DNA of 50,420 nucleotides from Anaerolineae bacterium. Its GTDB lineage: Bacteria; Chloroflexota; Anaerolineae; Aggregatilineales; Phototrophicaceae. Positions 47,058 through 50,420 of the stretch are shown here, piece after piece (positions within the stretch are counted from its first letter, which is position 1; the number at the start of each line of letters is the position of its first letter). The stretch lies in assembly GCA_026645745.1 (NCBI GenBank), contig JAPKMU010000001.1, positions 1-50,420 of the forward strand, read 5' to 3'. A model generated the notes under the pieces. The model saw only the letters and a list, made by a program, of their open reading frames with translations. It made no database searches and was not told the DNA's origin. The translations under genes were made by a program, and so were the position numbers.

Positions 47058-47084
47058 GCAGAGGACTCTCGATCTGTCCTCTGC
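47058..47084. terminator. Hairpin between convergent genes
   Basis: GCAGAGGAC-TCTCGATCT-GTCCTCTGC, with an A-run nearby on the + strand (U-run for the minus transcript). Confidence 0.5.
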
Positions 47085-47099
47085 AATCCTCTCTCACTG

Positions 47100-47861
47100 C
47101 TAAACCTCAATGACATCGCCCGCATGATGAATGGTCACACGAACCGCGTTTGCCTCACGGGTTACATGATATACGTGACCCAAGCCTATCACGCGAATCT
47201 GACTCCCTTCGACAGCGATCAGCGTGTTTTCATCAATCGCGCACCCGCGTTCGACCATGCCTGACTCGACTGCGTGGATCAAGCGGGGAAGCATACCCGC
47301 TTGAGTCGCATGAACATCCACCGTGAAGGGTACAAGTCCCAACCCGCCGCGCACGGTGAGCAGTCCCGCGTCTTCATCCCCGTCTAAGACCCTGATTTGA
47401 CGGATCATCCCATCGCGTGCGATCACGGAACCACTGATGATAGCGCGGGTGGAGGCGATCATCGCGCCTGCCGAAAGTCCACCGTACACCACATTGTTTT
47501 CCAGTAAATACGCGCTCACACCGGGGTCAGCACACATCCCCTGCTGATAGAGCGGCGTGTCTCCGCCGCACACAAAAACCCCTCGCGGTGCAATCGCCTC
47601 TAATTGCCCCCGTGTGAGGGGTTTATCCGGCAGGATAAAACACGTCACGATGTTCGACGGAAGCGCTCCGGCTTGTACGAATGCAGCAATATACAGCGGA
47701 CACCATTTTTCCATGCTTGGCATCGTTTTGCCTGCCAAGATGAGCGCAAAACGTCCATCTTCATGTGCGTGCATCGCGTGGACGATACTGGCATACGCAG
47801 ACTGCTTCGCGGCGGGATCATCGCCGCCGCCATGAAGAAAAATCGAGGGGATCATGCCCAC
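47100..47861 (-). CDS. Cyanophycinase / peptidase S51-like protein
   Basis: FLHGGG, VCGGDT, GLSAGA nucleophile motif, GLGLV..VDVH, IDENT. Confidence 0.85.
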   Translation of the reverse strand: MGMIPSIFLHGGGDDPAAKQSAYASIVHAMHAHEDGRFALILAGKTMPSMEKWCPLYIAAFVQAGALPSNIVTCFILPDKPLTRGQLEAIAPRGVFVCGGDTPLYQQGMCADPGVSAYLLENNVVYGGLSAGAMIASTRAIISGSVIARDGMIRQIRVLDGDEDAGLLTVRGGLGLVPFTVDVHATQAGMLPRLIHAVESGMVERGCAIDENTLIAVEGSQIRVIGLGHVYHVTREANAVRVTIHHAGDVIEV

Positions 47862-47915
47862 CGCCTCTCTGTTATAATGCCTAACGGACTAGTGATTTAA
47901 GGGTTGAAGACTTTT

Positions 47916-48548
47916 ATGGCTCCGTCCCATCTCATTGTCGGGCTGGGTAATCCCGGCGCGCGGTATGAGAATACCCGTCATAACGTTGGATACAAAACGG
48001 TCGAACGGCTGGCACAAGCAAACGGGCTGTCGTTTGATAAAACGGAACACAAAGCTCTGACGGCGAATGGACTCATCGGCGATAAGCGTGTGATCCTCGC
48101 AAAACCGCTCACGTTTATGAATTTGAGCGGTGAATCAGTGCAGCCGCTTTTGCACTTCTACAAAATCCCAGTCGAAAATCTGCTTATCGCATGTGATGAC
48201 CTCGATATTGCTTTTGGCGTGCTGAGAATCCGCAAAACCGGATCAAGCGGCGGTCAAAACGGCATGAAGAGTATCATCGAACGTGTAGGGACGCAGAACA
48301 TCAACCGCATTCGCATCGGGATCGGGCGTCCTCCCGGCAAAATGAATCCTGCGGATTATGTGTTGAGCACTTTCAAAGGCGACGACGTGATTAGCGCGCT
48401 GGAATTGATCGACCGCGCCGCCAAAGCCGCCGAAACATGGCTCAAAAGCGGGATCGACGCGGCGATGAATACGTACAACGGCGCGGGGGATACCCCCAAG
48501 CCAAAACCGGAAAAAACAGCACCCACACCAGCGGATGAGACTCCATGA
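47916..48548 (+). CDS. pth: Peptidyl-tRNA hydrolase
   Basis: LIVGLGNPG..YENTRHNVG, KPLTFMNLSG, DDLD, GGQNG, RIRIGIGRP. Confidence 0.96.
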   Translation: MAPSHLIVGLGNPGARYENTRHNVGYKTVERLAQANGLSFDKTEHKALTANGLIGDKRVILAKPLTFMNLSGESVQPLLHFYKIPVENLLIACDDLDIAFGVLRIRKTGSSGGQNGMKSIIERVGTQNINRIRIGIGRPPGKMNPADYVLSTFKGDDVISALELIDRAAKAAETWLKSGIDAAMNTYNGAGDTPKPKPEKTAPTPADETP

Positions 48549-49210
48549 AGATCGGTATTTTCTCTGACATTCACGCTGACGCCCGCTCCTTGAACAAAGC
48601 ACTCAAGCTGTTGGAACGTAAAGGCGTTGACCGGTTGATCTGCTGCGGCGATCTGGTCGATGGGGTATCTGAAGGTGACGCCGCGTGTCAGCGCGTCAAA
48701 GCGCTGGAGATTCCCGTCGTCATGGGCAATCATGATCTCGCTTATTCCACACCGCGCGCCAATGCGATAGCCGATGTGCTGCGCCCTTGGCGGAACACGG
48801 TCACACGCCGACCGGATGACCTGAGCGACGATTCGATTGCGTATTTGGCATCGCTGCCGCACTCGCTGGAACTCGAATATGAGGGCGTGAAGCTGATTTT
48901 GGCACACGCGAATACATGGGACTACGTGAGTTATGTGTTTGCGTCCGCCAGTTCGATCTCCAAAATACACAAGCTGCGCGCAATCACCGCCCCGGATGTG
49001 CGTGCCGTTATTTTAGGACATACACACCGCCCGATGGATGTGCAGTATGAAGGGCTGCGCATCCTCAACCCCGGCTCAGTCGAAGGCAACCGGCACGAGG
49101 CGAGCCGATCTTGCGCCGTGCTGACCCTGCCATCGCTTGAATACGAAGTGTTTGAGATCGACCGGGATACGCCGCTCACCCCTGCCTCGTTCGATTTCGA
49201 CAATTTCTGA
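48545..49210 (+). CDS. Metallophosphoesterase (YfcE/calcineurin-like)
   Basis: SDIH, CGDLV, GNHD, GHTH, NPGSV. Confidence 0.92.
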   Translation: MKIGIFSDIHADARSLNKALKLLERKGVDRLICCGDLVDGVSEGDAACQRVKALEIPVVMGNHDLAYSTPRANAIADVLRPWRNTVTRRPDDLSDDSIAYLASLPHSLELEYEGVKLILAHANTWDYVSYVFASASSISKIHKLRAITAPDVRAVILGHTHRPMDVQYEGLRILNPGSVEGNRHEASRSCAVLTLPSLEYEVFEIDRDTPLTPASFDFDNF

Positions 49211-49235
49211 TTATCCCCAGCAAGGACAGCGCATC

Positions 49236-50420
49236 ATGCAGCTTACCGGCTTGCTCGACCTGCTCCGCGATGCGATTCCGTATCGTGATCTGCTTGCCCG
49301 TTTGAATAATGCTCCATCTTCTGAACCATCAGCGCTCGGCGTGATCCGCTCGGCACGCCCATATGTGCTGGCGGCGCTGGCGCGTGATTGGACGCGCCCG
49401 GTGATCTACATCACCGCTCGTGTGGATCGCGCCTATAACACTGCGGAACAGCTTCCTGTGTGGCTTGGCACGGACGCGCGGATCACGCGCTTTAACGAAC
49501 CCGCACCGCTCTTTTATGAGCGTTCAGCATGGGGAGATGCGCCGATTCGTGGACGCATCGAAACGCTTGCCGCGCTTCTCCCTCCTGATGAGACCCGTAC
49601 CGCGCCTGTACCCCTTGTCGTAACATCAGCACGCGCGCTGATGACGCGCACGATGCCGGTTCACCGCTTCCGCGACTCGCAGATGATTCTGCGACCTAAG
49701 ATGCGCGCCACCATCGACAAGTTGATCGAACGCTGGGTGAATCTCGGTTATGAGTCGTCAAGTATGGTGATTGAACCGGGACGTTTCAGCCGTCGCGGCG
49801 GTATCCTTGATGTATTTCCGCTCGCCGCCGAACGCCCGGTACGTATTGAATTCTTCGGCGACGAGATTGACAGCTTACGCGCGTTCGATCCGTCGTCGCA
49901 GCGTACCGTCGCCATGATTCAAGAGGTGATGATTCCGCCAGCGCGTGAAGCGATTCCCGCCGAATCACCGCAAGCCGCCGCACGGCTGACCGCGTGGTTT
50001 GCATCGCTGACCGGCAAAGACGGCGCAGACATGACCAGCGCCGCCGCCGATCATGCACCGCTTTCGACCGGAAGCGCCTTTCCGTTTTTAGAGTTCTACC
50101 TCCCCTACCTGTATCCGCATCCAGTCAGTCTGCTGGATTACGCGCCGCCGGACGCATTGATCGTCGTCGAAGACGGAGTCGAACTCCGTGACACGATCAC
50201 CGAAATCGAACTGGCGTCTGCGAAAGCGCGTGAAGAACGGATCGCATCCGGTCAGCTTCCTCCTGATTATCCTCTTCCCTTCTTGACGTGGGAGCAAATC
50301 GCGGATTCGCTGGCGCTGCGCCGCGTCGTGGTGCTGGGTCACAGCGCGGCATCTGATGACGATGATGCCGGTATTCTGCGCACGATGATTAACCCTGAAC
50401 TGCGTTTCGGTGGTCAGCTT
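49236..50420 (+). CDS. mfd: Transcription-repair coupling factor, N-terminal part (runs off the window)
   Basis: Read manually from ATG 49236: MQLTGLLDLL..; UvrB-like EPGRFSRRGGILDVFP..PVRIEFFGDEIDSLRAFDPSSQR; pth-mfd adjacency. Confidence 0.92.
   Translation, partial: MQLTGLLDLLRDAIPYRDLLARLNNAPSSEPSALGVIRSARPYVLAALARDWTRPVIYITARVDRAYNTAEQLPVWLGTDARITRFNEPAPLFYERSAWGDAPIRGRIETLAALLPPDETRTAPVPLVVTSARALMTRTMPVHRFRDSQMILRPKMRATIDKLIERWVNLGYESSSMVIEPGRFSRRGGILDVFPLAAERPVRIEFFGDEIDSLRAFDPSSQRTVAMIQEVMIPPAREAIPAESPQAAARLTAWFASLTGKDGADMTSAAADHAPLSTGSAFPFLEFYLPYLYPHPVSLLDYAPPDALIVVEDGVELRDTITEIELASAKAREERIASGQLPPDYPLPFLTWEQIADSLALRRVVVLGHSAASDDDDAGILRTMINPELRFGGQL

Noticed and set aside
47100-47861. 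Cyanophycin storage system
   Set aside because: No cyanophycin synthetase in the window; only a peptidase S51 fold is supportable.

Overview
A ~57% GC bacterial chromosomal window. Gene content and repeat families suggest Chloroflexota, probably Anaerolineae (inference). It holds mostly housekeeping and accessory genes: a frameshifted BMP-family substrate-binding protein, two huge acidic Trp-motif TPR proteins, ndk, rsfS (CTG start), an RluA-family pseudouridine synthase, a RIO1-type kinase, threonine aldolase, a tyrosine recombinase, citrate synthase, two TIR proteins, a GH16, a radical SAM/HhH protein, etfBA, tmRNA (ssrA), pth and the 5' part of mfd. There is no CRISPR array, prophage or IS. 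The most striking unannotated feature is a leaderless 41-codon peptide (25844-25969) carrying MCCCSMCCMM, with a matching antiterminator/terminator pair. It lies directly upstream of a JAMM-peptidase / metY / metX / sulfur-carrier / DUF4395 / thioredoxin / MoeZ operon, which suggests a Cys+Met-sensing ribosomal attenuator controlling a thiocarboxylate-type homocysteine pathway. A second uORF-containing, alternatively pairing leader precedes the RIO kinase. A GATC-dense intergenic block bracketed by inverted TATCCCA/TGGGAT triplets is unexplained. All family calls come from motif recognition by eye; no database searches were run.
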